Origin: Geosiphon pyriformis uo1
Taxonomy: Eukaryota > Fungi > Glomeromycota
NCBI GenBank assembly: GCA_016748015.1
Contig: JAAOMT010000690.1
Location: 527,720 to 591,719 of the forward strand
DNA length: 64,000 nucleotides
Reading direction: 5' to 3'
The position numbers were made by a program, and so were the translations under genes. Below, in pieces: positions 28,541 through 42,926 of the stretch. The notes below the pieces were generated by a model. It saw only the letters and a program-made list of their open reading frames with translations. It had not been told where the DNA came from and did not search any database. The stretch's first letter is position 1, and every line of letters begins with the position of its first letter.

Positions 28541-31100
28541 TAAAGCTACATATATATATATATAAATAATAATAAAAATATATTTTAATACTGGCTTGAT
28601 TTTTTTGAATTTTAATAGTATTAATTTTAATTTTTAAAACTTATAATTGTTTTTATTTTAAAATAATAAAATAAATTTTATTCAATATTAATAAACATAT
28701 TAATAAAATATTGTACAATACAATAATTATTAAATAACAATTATATAATAGGATTTGTTAAATTTATACTGATAAATCAAAGATCTGAAATGTTATTGAC
28801 ATAAATTAAACATATATTAGGCCATATCTTTCCAAATCATAACAAATACACAAAACACTATGACAAGTGTTGAAGATATTAAACAAGCATTAAAAAATGC
28901 TAAGACTGAGTATAATAAATATGAAAAGAAGCTAAATAAAAAGAAGGAGAAGCTGAAAAAAAAGAAGGAAAAACTAGAAAAGTTAATGAAATGTGAAAAG
29001 AAAGATGAATTACATAAATTGAAGAAAAATTTGAGACAGGAGAAGTACAAGAATAAAAACGAAAAACATTGGTAGATAGAAGATATATAAGTGCTAAAAA
29101 AGCAAAAAAAAAGCTAAAAAAAAGTAAAAGAGCTAAAAGTAGAAAAGAACAAGTGGAAGTTGCAAATGCAATAATTATAAAATACATTGATAGAAACAAC
29201 TAAAACATGTAACTTAAATGTTGAAAAATGAAGTAGGATAAAAAAGTACTTTCTTATCCACCCTATTACTATTATTCTTTATTTATTTAACTAATTTGTG
29301 CTCATTCACTTCTGTCTCTTGCTTCCAAAATTGCTTTGCATTTAACTCAATAATAAAACTTTTTGACTTAATATTAGCTCTTAACTTAAGTTTTACTCTT
29401 TACCTTCATTATTATTTATATGTATTTTTATATATATAAGAGAACATTCAATATACTTTTATGATGTTAATTAATTATTGCTTTTTTCTTTCTTTTTTCT
29501 TGTCACCAATATGCTTTATTTGTTTCTTATAGCTAAGTCTTCTACTGATAAGTTATTTGTTCAATCTATTTTTATTAATATGTGTTTTGAATTTGAAAAT
29601 GATTTATTTTAGTATTAAGTTTTGTCTAGTATAAATACTAAGTTGTAATTTTTTCTAGAACTTGACAATAAGTTCATCCTCTTTTCTTTAAAATCTCTGA
29701 AACATGAGTACTTTTTTTTGTAACTAAATTCAATTAAAATTATAACTATGCTTTCTTATTTCTAACTACAATACATAAAATTTAGAATCAATGGTGAAAG
29801 CATTTAAGCAAAAATACAAAGATGATCTTAGTGTCTTGCAGTTTTTTAAAAAACATATTAATAACTGTGTACACAAGTAAACAACTTTTCAGGATTTTAA
29901 ATATTATGCTTCATACAATGTTTTCTTCTAAGGATCTAGGACTGGGAAGTCTAGACTTCTTTATCAGCTTGCTTAAAACTATTTTGTTATATATTTATGC
30001 TTTTGTGCAAGTTATAGTTCAGAAATTTTACCTCCAATATGAATTATTTGTGATTTTTTTTTGATAAAAGGAAAGATGAAATAGTTTACATAGTGGCATT
30101 TTTCTGTAGTTCTTGATAGAAAAAGCATTGAAAATTGGAAAAATTAACAGCAAGATTCCGAATTTGAAAAAATATAATAAATAAAGCTAATAGCTTAGTG
30201 AAATCCTGGAAAAAAGACTCAATTGAGTTAAATTGGATGGAAGAAGAATTTTGTACAAAAAAAATTACAGAAGTTTGGGAAAAAATTAAACCTCATTTAT
30301 CGAAAATTGTTAACAAAAAGACAAAACTTGTATTTACATTTGATAAATCACAGATTTTACTAGGACAAAATAAAGTGTTTATCTACACTCGCCAAGCTTT
30401 ATATTGTCTTTCTTTGGGTGTTTTTGCCATATTTGCTAATACTATTTCGAAACTCTCTGACATTGCACTATTATTATCTTTGGATTTCTTGGTCTTAGTA
30501 TTTTTAATTAAGAATATACTTTTTTTGCTATTTTATTTTATGGCTACGTTTGATTTATTTAGCCAAACAAACTTGAACTCGGAACAACTATTAAAATTAG
30601 AAGAGCTGTTTGCACTAAGGCAATCTTTGTGGGGTATGACTTTAAGAAGTGCAATCAGACTTAATGAACTTATGAAACTAGCATGACAAAAACTCTTAGG
30701 TGGAAGTATAACTGTGGATGATTGGCTTAAAAACCCAACTTTGGCTTCTGCTCTTACTATTTTATCTTGTTGCATCTTACTTAATGTCATTTACATTGCT
30801 TTAGAATTAGTTTCCAGATTTATGGAGATATGTGTTCACATTTTAGAGAACCGAAATCAATTATTGGCATTCTATCTATCTGAATTAATACTTGCTAAGA
30901 CTGCAGTATTGCTTATAGAAGACCAGAATGTATTAAAAAAACTACTTAACTTTATATTAGATGTATTATACACTGGTTACATATTCAAAATTTTTCTCAA
31001 AAGTTGGCTGATGGTTTACTTACATTTACATACTTTATTTTGATTACTTATATCCCAAATCAGACACAATTGAAAACTTTATTCATTCACTTTGCAGCTG
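28541..31100 (+). pseudogene. Crinkler-like cassette A (decayed): coiled-coil header plus P-loop NTPase module
   Basis: 28541-29230 is homologous to 44092-44765. The downstream remnant has Walker A (*GSRTGKSRL, from QGSGTGKSRL, 29929-29958), Walker B (LVFTFDK, from hhhhDE), ALRQSLW (from ALGRPLW, ~30612-30632) and YLSELILAKTA (from YPSEPILAEAA, ~30873). Many stops; 3' truncated. Confidence 0.78.
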
Positions 31101-31109
31101 TGATATATA

Positions 31110-31709
31110 ATAATACTAAGTTTGTATGCTAATATTTTTATTAATATATATTTTGATTAGATCTGTAAAGTAAATTTATGCATTGTTAAAGCAGTTAATT
31201 TAAATTTTTATATAATATTAGGTGATAATTTTAATAAAAATATAATAAAACAAAATATGAATTTGAAGAAATATTTTAATTAAATTTTCTTTTAAATAAT
31301 CTTGTTGTCAAACTTCTGATTTAAAATAATTTAAAAAGTGTAAAAAAGATTATAAATTATATTTTTATTAATAAATATTTTTTGATAACTGTAGTTAATC
31401 AAGAGATTAATAGTGTATTTAATTTCTTTAATATTAACTATATGATTGTTATAATTTCTTTTAACTTAAGTGGTTTTTTAAATAAATGTTTAAATAAAAT
31501 TTGGAAATATACTAATAAGAATTAATAGAAATTTAAGATTAAAAATATGAATTATGCCAAATAAATATGCTTTAAGAAAGTTTTTTTTTGCTAAGTTTTT
31601 AATAGTAATAAATAAATTTGTAAACATAAAGATTCTTAATAATTTAAATATTATATAGAAAATATTGAAAAAAATAATAATAAATTTAACTGATTTGATA
31701 TTTTTAAAT
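31110..31709 (+). mobile_element. Ancient LINE fossil, endonuclease part (split by the younger LINE at 31710-38514)
   Basis: Decayed LYA..AKAVN..ILGGDFNE..KTIDYIF..FFDTDH..ANKD.WKF, collinear with ORF2 of the younger LINEs. Confidence 0.72.
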
Positions 31710-31843
31710 TTTTTTTTATTTATTTATTTAACAAGTGAGGTTCACATACAACCTAGCACTATACATCAAAGAAATGATCTAAACTAGACATAAATCATGC
31801 ATTTTCTACACGTGACCAGCCACTTAGGCCAGTTAAAACAACA

Positions 31844-34800
31844 CTATGCAGCTATATAGACAGAAGCTGAATTACCAATGCTGGAAAAAAACATACAAGA
31901 CTTGCAAAAACCAAAATGCACACCAAAAGCTTCATCAATACCAAGCAAATCAACCACACCAGCAGAAAACCATGAAGTCAAACCAGAGACCGAAATAGGA
32001 GATGAACCATCTAAAGGAATCAGTCTGTGTTTTTTCATATAGGCATGGTGTTTGGTCTGAACCAACCAGATCTCATCTCTAAAAGCAAGACCAAGAGAAC
32101 ACGCAAAATTAATGACCTCCAAACATGCCATCTTGGAATTATGGAAGACGGAGACAGCTTCACTGAACCATTTATTAAAAACAAAACCCTTATGGAGAGC
32201 CATAGACACTGAGGACCCTAAAACACAAGACGACAACAACTACAACAAAACCGAAGAAGAGACAGAAGAACCAGAAAGTGTTTTCTAAGAGTTCATGTAA
32301 GAATCCAACAACTGACACCGAGCAGAATCATTGACTTTACAAGAAAAAACATGATTCGACACCTTTACATCACCACAATATAGACACAACACACTGGGAT
32401 AAAGTCTATTATAAAGCCGTTTTCGAACAGCCACAGACAACTGATGATGTAAAGCCTTCATAAAATAAAAGCGCGCATTAGCCAAAATTTTGCTAGTGAA
32501 ACTGGTGGCCATATGCAAATCAGGATGCCACACCAAAAAAGAGCGGGACCAATCAACATCAGTACACAAGTCGACAGGCAGAAATTTAGAACCAGACCCC
32601 ACCTTCCAACGCGCACGACACATGGCACAAAAAATGTCACAGACAAAGTGCCTTGAATTGCCAGAGACAACATTGCCATCAGCCATCAAAAAGTGTTCAT
32701 TCAGGCAAGGAGGAAGAAACCAGTCAGAAACAAAAACAGCACTGGCAATTACATCAGCATGCTTGTTTCCCAAAACCCCAGAATGACCTTTGACTTTGTG
32801 CCAGTTAACTCTTAGACTTTTACTGTAAATGACGTTGGCAATGTGTCGACACTTAACCCAACACCGATTACGGAAATCAGAAACCACCAAACCCAATTCT
32901 GATTTGCAAGCATTCAAAGCAGACTGACTATCCAAAAATAAATAAACAACACTAAAAACAAGAACACACTCGAAAGCCAACGCAATTGCCTGTAACTCAG
33001 CCATGGTAGATGACATCAACCCAGACATGTCAATACCCAAACCCATACCAATGTCCTCAAAAAAGGCTGCAGCACCTGCTTCACAGCCAACCATACCCAA
33101 ATTTCTCAATGACCCATCAGTGTAGACCGATAGCACCCTTGCATTGATTTGTGAGAGACAATCACAGACAGACACAAAACCAGAGGAACCCAGAATGTTC
33201 AAGGAACCAATATTAGCAAGAAGAGGGATGTGGGCAGGAGAGGAATCCTCACCAGCAAGAAACACAGCAGAAAGTCTGAACCACTCAGGAATAGGGCCAC
33301 AGAGGTCCAGTTTCTTCCATCGCTTAAATGTGGACCAATCAAAGACAGTATCATAATGATCACGAAATTGGTCTACAAAGGCCACACCATACTGCCAAAG
33401 CAAGGAGAGACTTCTAGAGAAAACTGACTCACCCAAAACAGTTGACATGAGTGTCCCATCATTGGCATGAAAGGAATTGGGAAAGAATCCACCCAATGAC
33501 AATTTGCAATTATAAAGCACGTGAACCACACCCACCAAAAAATTATTAGAGGCGCTAACACAAATGCAAACAGGAGAACTCAACAGATGAATAGGGCACT
33601 AACATAAAACCTGCAGGTCATGAGACCTATGAGAGAACAAACGTCCCACAATCCCACCAGAGTTGGCAAAATTAATAAGAGAAGCAACCTTGCCTTCAGA
33701 CTGAATCTGCAGGAAAGATCTCAAACCATAAAAGGAGGGGTGATGGATCGAATCACTAAGAAAGTCGAGCGGAAGTCCAGATTTGAGCTTCAGACCCTTA
33801 TGAATCATAACATCTCACTTGTTGCAAATACCTATAGAAACAAAGCTAAATTGTGTCCTATAGCTAATTATAGGTTGGAGAACTGCTAAAACCAAATATA
33901 AGAACTGCTTATCTAAGATAGCTTTTCTCAGAACCAAATTTGTAAAGAAATGAACATCCGAATGTGCCTTAGCTAAACTGGGTTTGGAAAGACCCTTAGT
34001 TGACAGAAATATGCCCAAATACTGATGGGATTCACCCTTTTTGGCAACAGAGATAGGTGAACTACTAATGAAAAGAACGGGATTTCCAACTTTACAATTG
34101 ATAGAAATAGCTACTGTCTTGTTATTGTTTATTGAGATGTCATTAATCCGAAAAACTCACTAGCAATGTCCAAAATATGTTGAGTAGCTCTCTGACTACT
34201 GCCAACCCAAATTGTATCATCAACAAAGGCACCAGCAGCAAAATAGGAAGAAAGCCCAGCTTGCGATCCGACATGACCACTCTTGGAAACAAAATGAGAA
34301 ATTAGCCTATACTCACAGACACTCTCCTGATGCTTGACTTCGCACAAAAGAGAATCATAAAAAATGCGCCACAGGAGGGGGAAAAAGATCTCTCCTTGAT
34401 CTAAACCATCATGGACACGATAGTCATCTGTCAAACCAAAATCTGTCATAACTCGATTAGTGCAATCTCTGTAAATGCCACCAAAAAACCGAATAAACTT
34501 GTTGCACATTTTAATTCTGACCAAACACTTCTCCAAATGCTCCCAGCCAACAGAATCATACATCTTCCTCATATCTTGCAAGACCACCCAAAGCTCTCGG
34601 TTCTTTTCCAGGGCATCTTCAACAACCAAACCAACTGCAAAAATGGGAGACTGTGTCATCATACTTTTTAAAACCGAAAAATTGTCACCACGAAGGACAT
34701 CATAAGTGCTGCATGCTGAAGAAATCCTGTCTGAGAGTATTTTGGAAAGAATCTTGTGAGCTGTCTCAATCAGTGCAATAGGATGAGTATTTGTAAGAAC

Positions 34801-36531
34801 ACTCTCCCATTCATACGATTTGGGAATCATCAAAACCCAAGCTTCTCTCCAAGGGCCAGAGACAGATTTTTCAGACAGGCAAGAGTTTAAAAGCACCAAT
34901 AGCATATTAAGGACTGAAATATCGCAATGTTTCCAAAGCTCATTCGAGATACCTGAAAGACCAGCAGCTTTGCCATCCAACAGGTTGGAAACAACCTCAA
35001 ACAATTTGTTGAAGCCGATCACACCCATTACACCAGAAAAAGCTTCATCGAAAACATAACCTAAAGGACAATACTGGTGAGACCACTCATCATTAACGTC
35101 AAGCACCACTCTTTGCTTTCTGGTCCAGCCTTCCATAATCTCATCCACCTTAGACTTTACAAGAGCAGGATCCAACACCAGCTCATCCCTCACCACCAAA
35201 TGATCTAAAACTACCTTGTGGAAGGGTCATTCCAAAACACTATGCACAGTATGACCTTTGTTCAACTCAAAACTCTCCATTCTCTTGTCAATTGCTGACT
35301 TGATCTGAAATTCTTTGGCACAGTTTGATTCTGACAACTTAGATAAATGGTAAAATTTCCTTATCCTGGTCAAGGCTGAATGAATGGCATCAAAATGAGA
35401 ACCCAAAAGAAAGAGAGACTCCACAACAGAAGCATTAGCAGTATCAATTCTCTTCCATGTGTCAAGTAGAAAAACAAATTCCTCATGAGAGACCAGACGA
35501 GAGGCTTTGACAATCTTCGACACCAAAAGTTCTAATTTGTAAAATCTGGATGATACTCTATTATAGACACTGTCAAAACTCTTAAACCATTTTTTTTTGA
35601 AAACGTTTTCAGCCGACAAACACACTACTTGGCAAAAGTGACTCCACATTGTGTCCAGGTCCAAACATATCTTGGCAGCATAAAATTCATCATAGAACAT
35701 AGCAGCATTCGCCGAAGTATCCTCTTTAAACTTGATCCAATTAGCATCACCAGCATTTACAAAATTGTACTTCCAACAATCCTTATTTGCTTGATTGCAC
35801 AATGAGTTCAACTGCACATCCAGCAAACCACCAAGACCCACGGAGACAGAAACAGCTTTATGATCAGTGTCAAAATACTCTTCAACACCAGACACATCAC
35901 GATCCAAAATTGTGTTAACAAAACTCGATGACACAAACACATAATCAATAACTTTAGCCACTCCATAAAAATTGTTCCATGTAGCATCCTTTTCAAACAA
36001 GCTTCTACTTAAAGAGTTGACCAAACCCAAATTGAAGCATTTTTTTAAGCTGGCACTTTTGCGAGAACCATCTTCATTGAAGTCACCACCCAAGATGATG
36101 AAAAAAGACTCATTTACCGCCCTCGCAATCAAAGAATTGATATCATCCACCTGAGAGAAACATACTGCCAAAAATGATCCAGCATATAGCCCCAAAATTG
36201 ACACAGACAGTTTATTTTTGAAGAGAAGCTTAACAGAAAGAAATGGGCCAGGAATGTCTAAAACCTTACACGCATGCCAAGCCAAGAAATTGTTCATAAT
36301 GATTGCAACCCCAGAACCCATGTGACCAGAACTCAAACCAGAAGTAAAAACCCGAACACCAACAAACTTGTTCATAATCCAAGGGTGAACCCCATCTTTC
36401 AACTTAGTCTCAGTAACAATTGAAATCATATTGTTCATTTCTTTATGCCAACAAATAATATCCTCCTATTTCGCAGAATTGTTCATACCCCTAACATTGC
36501 ACGTGGCAATTTTCCAAATATAACTGGTTAT
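31844..36531 (-). pseudogene. LINE A ORF2: AP endonuclease, reverse transcriptase, RNase H, C-terminal Zn finger
   Basis: TETK, GGDFN, IDY, TDH (APE); DMRKMYDSV, GLDQG, AFVDD (RT); VYTDGS, AELQAI, DSQ, KVKGHSG (RNase H); CLYCG..HVFSC. Confidence 0.92.
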
Positions 36532-38390
36532 TGAGATGAAGAAAAGACCAGAGAACCCGAATCAGCACACATCTACTCTAACTTCGCCAAAATTGAACCA
36601 ATGGAGGCATCGAGAGCAACCAACTTCGATTCTAAAACACCAACTTTAGAAGTCAGCACCTTGGAACTGCTATGACCCAACTGAGAATTATCATTGCTAG
36701 AAGGGAAGGAAATAGGTTGAGTTAAAGGAACGTTTAACACCATGTTAGAATCCAAGTCAGAGTTAGCCACCATAAGAGAACCAGAGATGGACGGTTGAGG
36801 AGTATTCACTGAAGGAATCATATCAAAAAGAGGAGCTAAAGGCACCAAACTGAGATTGTCAAAACGAAGAAGAATGTTCGAAATTTGATCAGATAAAAGC
36901 TCTACAGAGCGTTCCAGACATGCTAAATGCACACCCAAGGGGGCATCAACCATAGAGAGAGGAGAAGGGGTACCACCAGAACTCGAAGCACCAATGAGCA
37001 GAGAACCAGAACCAGAGCCATCAAGAGAACCACGAGAGACCAAAGCAACTGAGACCACTTGGGCCCAGGATTTGCCTTCAAAAGTGACAGGACGAGAGAT
37101 CGGAATCTTCTTTTTAGCATATAATTTGGCCAATTGAAGACGAGTATCCAAGTTAGCAGGCTTTTTAAATGACTTGGGTGACTGAGAAACTGATGCAACC
37201 TCAGTATCACATTCCAAGACAGAATGACCGAACTTCTCACACCATTTACAGCAAACCAAATCCAACCTAACCCATGAGAGTTTCACTCCACCAAAGATTG
37301 GCTCCATGTGAAAAGCTGATTCCATAGCTTTATCAGATTCAAAACATACCACAGCACAGCGTGTTCTGTTGCCAGTCTCTAATGAACAATTGATCACACA
37401 AGTTTTCCCACCGGCCTCTTCCAATAGATTCCCAAGATCATGAGCTGTCATTTCCACTGGCAAAGTAAATAAAAGTGCCTTGAATTGATCCCTAAAAGCC
37501 CATGTCTCACAATCTCCCACAGCCTTGGCCACATGCACAGAATCTTCCCCAACTAGGAAAGACCATTTTGACACCAACAGATCAGCCTGGCTAGATTCGG
37601 CAAACTCCACCACAGCCTTCTGCCACAGCCCAATGAGTTGCAATTGGATTGACACCACTTGACCAAATTCAGACACGGTGGTGACGATCATTTTTTTTGG
37701 TGTATCCATGAGAATTTCCTTGATGACTACTGCCCGATCTGAATGAACTCCTTGTCTCTTAAGATTGCTGTTTACCATGATGTTATTTTCCTTGGCCAAT
37801 AAGATGGTTTTCTCCATGTTTTCTGATGAAATGAACGTCGATCTGATGATCCCTTCAAATTTTGAGGGGGTAGTGGCCCCCCCAAAACCATTGATTCTTG
37901 AAAATAATTTCCTTACAACTTGAGTTTTAGCCATTGCTGATTTCCCTTCCATAGCTAAAAGATTGATGTCCAAAGCAAAAAATTTCTTCACAGCTACTTC
38001 CACCTGAATTTTAACAATTTTGGGGTCCACCCACACTTTTTCCAAAGAGAAAGACAAATGGGGAGGAAGAGAAACTTCCTCTTCATTATCCATGTCATAA
38101 TTAATAGAGCCAAGAGGGGAACTGATAGCCGCACCAGTATTGAAATACTTTGCATTGGGCGTATTCATTTGGGAGTCAGAGATGACTTTACCATCAAAGG
38201 CTTTTCCATCTGTATCCATGCTAGTAGGTTGTCCGTCTATACTAACAGGTCTACCATCTTTAAGATTCTTATCCGTACTTGAAAGTTTAACACCACTGAG
38301 AGGCTTTTTGACTTTTTAAGATGAACCATTACCAACTGAACCAGGGGTTGAGACTCTGGCAGACTTTTTCTTAGCACTAAGACCACTCAT
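36528..38390 (-). pseudogene. LINE A ORF1 (RRM-like plus CCHC zinc knuckle)
   Basis: Starts MSGLSAKKKSAR; contains C-KW-C-EKFG-H-SVLE-C; has in-frame stops. Confidence 0.85.
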
Positions 38391-38524
38391 AGTGGCAGCC
38401 GGACCAATAACAAAAGGGTTTGATTCTTGTAAAATATTGGAAGACAGTATGCAAAAACAGAAAAAACTACTTTCAAAATTTGACTCTTTTTCAGGAATTT
38501 GGGACAAAGGAGAGATTTTTAAAT

Positions 38525-40130
38525 ATTGATTTAGCAAGTGTAAATGCTTAAAAAACAAACAATTTTTAAAGTTTTTTGGTTTAAAATTGTTAATTGCTAA
38601 GATTATAAAAAAATTAAGCTTAAACAGCAGATTTTAATGCAATTATTTCATTAAAAAATAGTTTATTATTGATAATATAAAGTTTTTTAAAGTTAAAAAT
38701 ATGTTTTGAAATAATGCAAAATTAATAAATACTATTAACTATTTGTTAATAATCAAAAAATACAAAAAGTCTAATATTATAAGTCAAAAATAACCAAAGA
38801 TATAGCTATTAAAAAATAATTGAGAAACAAATAAAAAGTTTTAGTTTTAATAAAAGGAGTATAATAAGAAGTATTTTAAAATAATATTTTTAAAAAGTAA
38901 TTTTGAACTATTTAATAGTTAAAAAAAAATTGGTTTTAAAACCAAATAAAATAAAACTTAAAGTTAATAAAATTATAATAAGTTAGATAAAAAAACAAAA
39001 AATATTTGCAGTAGTGTTTAATTTGTAGTTTTATCAGTATACTATTAAGTTATATAAAAGAAAATATTTTTTTGGTATAATAAGTAAGATCTGAATAAAA
39101 AAATTGGTTTTAGTTATTCATAGTCTGTTTGATAATAAGATTGTTAGTTTGTTTAAAATATTAAATGAACTTTAAAAACATTATAATAACATAATAATGA
39201 AATGTTTTTTGAATCTATTAAACTTTTGTTTAACTTTTGGCAATGTTTTAGTTTTTTGGAAAAGAGTATAGGTTTTAATATTTTCAAGCTTTATGATTGA
39301 AATAGTATTCTTACAAATATATAGTTTATTGTATTTATTAAGATAATTAAAAAAATTTTTAACAAAATTTTTTTAATTTGTATTTTTTTGTTTATAATAA
39401 ATATAATGTTTTTTAAAATGCCAATTTCTTGGTTTTGAAAAGTACTTTGACCCAATTTTCTGTATTTATCATTGGTTTGATAGTAAAAAATGCTTTGAAA
39501 AAAAGCCAAAAGCTTTAATTAGTTCTACAGAATATATGTAAAACATATAATTTAGTTAATTAATATTATTTAAAAACTAGTTTAAAGTATATTAAGATAT
39601 ATAATAAGTTTATTAAGTTTTTTAAGATTAATAATATTTCTATTAATAATAACAAAACAATAGTAGTTTTTATTAATTAAAAAATTGTAAATACTTTTTT
39701 GTATATTAGTAATTAGCTTATTTTTATTGTCAAGTATAGTAAATTTTATAGGTACTTGGAATTTTTTTGTCAACAGAAAATATGTCTAAATCAAGTTTTG
39801 TTAAAGCATATTTAGATATTAAGTTTTTTTGGAATTTGGTTTTTAAAAAAATATTATTAAATAAACAGTTTTTTTATTTGATCTTAGCAATTTTTTAACT
39901 TAAATAAATTATTAACACACAATTCAATTTTATATATAAAAGTTTATATTAGAAATAAAATATTATAATTAGAAAAAGATTTAAATTTAAAACCAATTTG
40001 CTTAGAGATTTTTTTAATCAAACTTTATACTATTTATTTTTGTATAAATTAAAATTTTTTAAACAGATATAAGCAGAAAACAAAATAACTTTAGTAGTTT
40101 GGTTTTTTAATACAACTGAAATTCAAATTA
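38525..40130 (+). mobile_element. Ancient LINE fossil, continuation (linker plus RT region)
   Basis: Resumes right after the TSD with decayed WFS..SSKFFGLELLVAKIV, KVVLDHLVV, ELWLVLQDMRKAYDSV (~39510-39560) and KPSL.KAHSDV.FF. Confidence 0.75.
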
Positions 40131-40140
40131 ATACAAAAAA

Positions 40141-40662
40141 TTTTTTTTCTCCTTTATTCCAAATTTCCAAAAAAAGAGTTAAAAAGTTTTTTTTAAAAGA
40201 AATTTTAAATCATTCAGTATAATAAATCAAAACCGTTTTTGCTTGATTACAAGGCCACTGTTAGCTCTAGTATTATTGTTATGAAGAAGACTATTAAAAA
40301 TTCTGGTTTAGTTACTGGCTTTAAAACTGTTGTGTCAAGAAAAAAAAAAAGAGGAGGAGCTTTGATTGATGATATTAGCAACAAAAAAATTTTTGCTAAA
40401 GAAATAGGTAATCACTCATGGGATTCTAAAACTGATAATACTATTAAGTCTAATAGTGTTGACATGAAAAAAAAATGTTTGGTTAAAGAAATTAGCTTTA
40501 ATTATAATAAGAGTGGTGCCTCTGCTAGAAGTAATTCTGATTAAACCCTTAAAAGCTTACAAATATGAACCAAGAAAGCATTGGAAAAGCCATTGAAGAA
40601 AATTAATTTTTTGAGCAATAATAATGATAACAATGTTTTGTTGGATGCTTCTTTAACACTTC
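40141..40662 (+). mobile_element. 5' fragment of a second LINE subfamily (5'UTR plus ORF1 N-terminus)
   Basis: T-rich CTCCTTTATTCCAAATTTCC start like the other LINE 5' ends; ORF1-like ..SVDMKKKCLVKEISFNY. Confidence 0.75.
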
Positions 40663-42926
40663 TCTCCAAAATTACAACCAACAGCTTGCCTTTAAAGAGA
40701 AAACAAACAGAAACAAGATGACCAGAAATTTTTTCAATTTTGGAAACATGACATGCAAGAGAATTGTCTATAATAATTGCCACCCCAGCACCAAGAAACT
40801 TTTTGTTTAAGCCAAAAGAAAATATTCTCATTCCATCAAACATGTTTGCAATTCATGGTCTGATATTAGATTTCAACTTTGTTTCTGTAATAATAAAAAC
40901 CAACATTTTTAGATTCCACATGCCAATAAACAATATTCTTTTGTTTGGCAAGGACATTGATACTCTGAACATTACATGTAGCAAATCTTCAAACCAGATC
41001 TGTCATTGAGAAGAATGAGTAATGGAAACCAAATCAGCATTGTCTATTTTAGTTGAAAGGTTCATAACTGTGATTGACAGATTTTTTAAGGTTTTTTCTA
41101 TCTTCAAGATAACCAAAGAATTAAAACTTACCACTTCTGTAATAGTCTCATTATTAGTGGTCACACCCAAACTTTTACTTATTACTATATCTGCCCCTTG
41201 ATTCTATGATAAAGGAGTTACCAATAGCTAATTTCTAGGACTAGGCTGAAAAACCATTGGTCCAAGTGTGTTCAACTTCTTAGCCAACTTGTTAATGTAT
41301 TCTACAAGACTAGCAAAACTATGCTTAAGAGTAATAAACCTATTATTCAAATCAAATCACACTGGTAAGGAAGGTTTTATCTCTAAAGAGGAACTAGAAT
41401 CTGACAAACCATTATCAGTAGAGAGAGAAGAGAAAAAAAACCCACCAACAATTTTTGTTTAAAAAACACTACCAAAAAAAACAGAACAAAATATTGGCAC
41501 TGACTGTTTGGCATAAATAGATACCAGTCTGCTTTTTATTATCTGACAACACTTTACAAAATAGACTATCAAAAGAAATTTTTCTATCCAAAGCATAGCT
41601 TAAAGATATATGACCAATTCTTTTATACTTGGCATATTTGACAAAACCAAGATAAGACCAATACAGTTTAATATCTCTCAGCACTAGCATGGTTTCCATG
41701 ACAGCATCTAGAAATTCAATAGAGTTAAAGTACACAACAGTATATCTACTCCAAGTATATGAAACAGAATGATAATTAATAACACATGTTTTTCCATCCA
41801 CTGAACCAATGAAGCCTTAAATGTCATGAGCATTAGTTTCAACAGACAGTATATAGAGCAAAGCCCTATGGCAATCTCTAATATTTTATAAATTTTTGTT
41901 TGAATTTGTCCTAGCAATGTACACAGCATTTTTTTCAATCAGGATAAACCACTTTGCAGCAACCAAATCAGCATAATCCAATTGCTCAAACTTCACCACA
42001 GTTTTTTGCTAAAGTTCTACCAACTGTATTTTGATCAACTTAATAATACCAAACTTGGATAGTGCAATGTATACAGTCTTAGCAAAAGTACCAATTGGAA
42101 TTTTTTTTAAAACTACAGCCTAATTTGAATGCCTAATGGATTTTTTAAGATCAGTATTTACAATAATATTTGTACCAGTAGTCTTTTCAGTGGCTTTCAT
42201 TAGACTCAATTTAGAGATAAACATTGTTCTGATAATCTCTGAGAATTTTGAAAGAGTAAACACCTCCCCAAAACCATTGATTCTTGAAAACAACTTCTTA
42301 ACTACAGCATATTTATTTAGAGGTGTTTTGCTAACCACCTTATCTAATTTGATATCTAATATGAACAATTTTCTAATAAAAACATTGACCAAATTCTTTA
42401 AAGAAAGAGGAAGTTTCAAAAGATCATTTGAGAGAATATTATTTATACTATCATAACTTGTGAAATTTATCTTCCTTAGTGACTTGCCTAATGCTTTCTT
42501 AGTTTTAATATCTGGCCCTTTAAGTGTTTGATTAGGATTTTTATTAGCAAAAACACTACTTTTATTATAGTTAAAGCTGGTTTTTTCAACTAAACATTCT
42601 TTTTCCATATCAATACTATCAGACTTGGTGGTGTCACTAGTCTCAGAACCTTATGAACAACTGCTTGGCTTTTTAGTAAATTTTCTTTTGTTTCTAATAC
42701 TCTTCTCCAAAGTGCTACTTTTCCTCTTTTTTTTTGACAAAACAGATCTGAAACTTCTACTAAAGCCAAAATTTTCAACAACCTTCTTTATAATAGTAAT
42801 ACTAGGACCAACAGTGGTCTTAAAATCAAAAACAGTTTGGTTTTATCATATTGAATAATGAAAAAAACTTCTTTTAAAAACTTATATAACTCTTTTTTGA
42901 AAATTTGGGATGAATGAAAGAAAAAA
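40663..42926 (-). mobile_element. 3'-truncated LINE (ORF1 plus start of APE), same subfamily, inverted relative to 40141-40662
   Basis: ORF1 remnants (MEKECLVEKTSFNY, KLFSRINGFG, GKTCVIN); ATGA ORF1/ORF2 junction at 41006-41003; APE start FDGMRIFS..GVAII. Confidence 0.82.

Larger units (their letters stand above)
31710..38514 (-). mobile_element. Full-length LINE A (ORF1 + APE-RT-RNaseH-ZnF ORF2), inactivated by stops
   Basis: 5' end CTCTCC.TTGTCCCAAATTCC near 38514; A-rich tail at 31710-31730; candidate 10-bp TSD ATTTTTAAAT at 31700-31709 and 38515-38524. Confidence 0.93.

Noticed and set aside
32027-38282. Many short plus-strand ORFs, and the equivalent antisense ORFs over LINE B
   Set aside because: They are antisense or alternative-frame shadows of LINE ORFs with no independent motifs.
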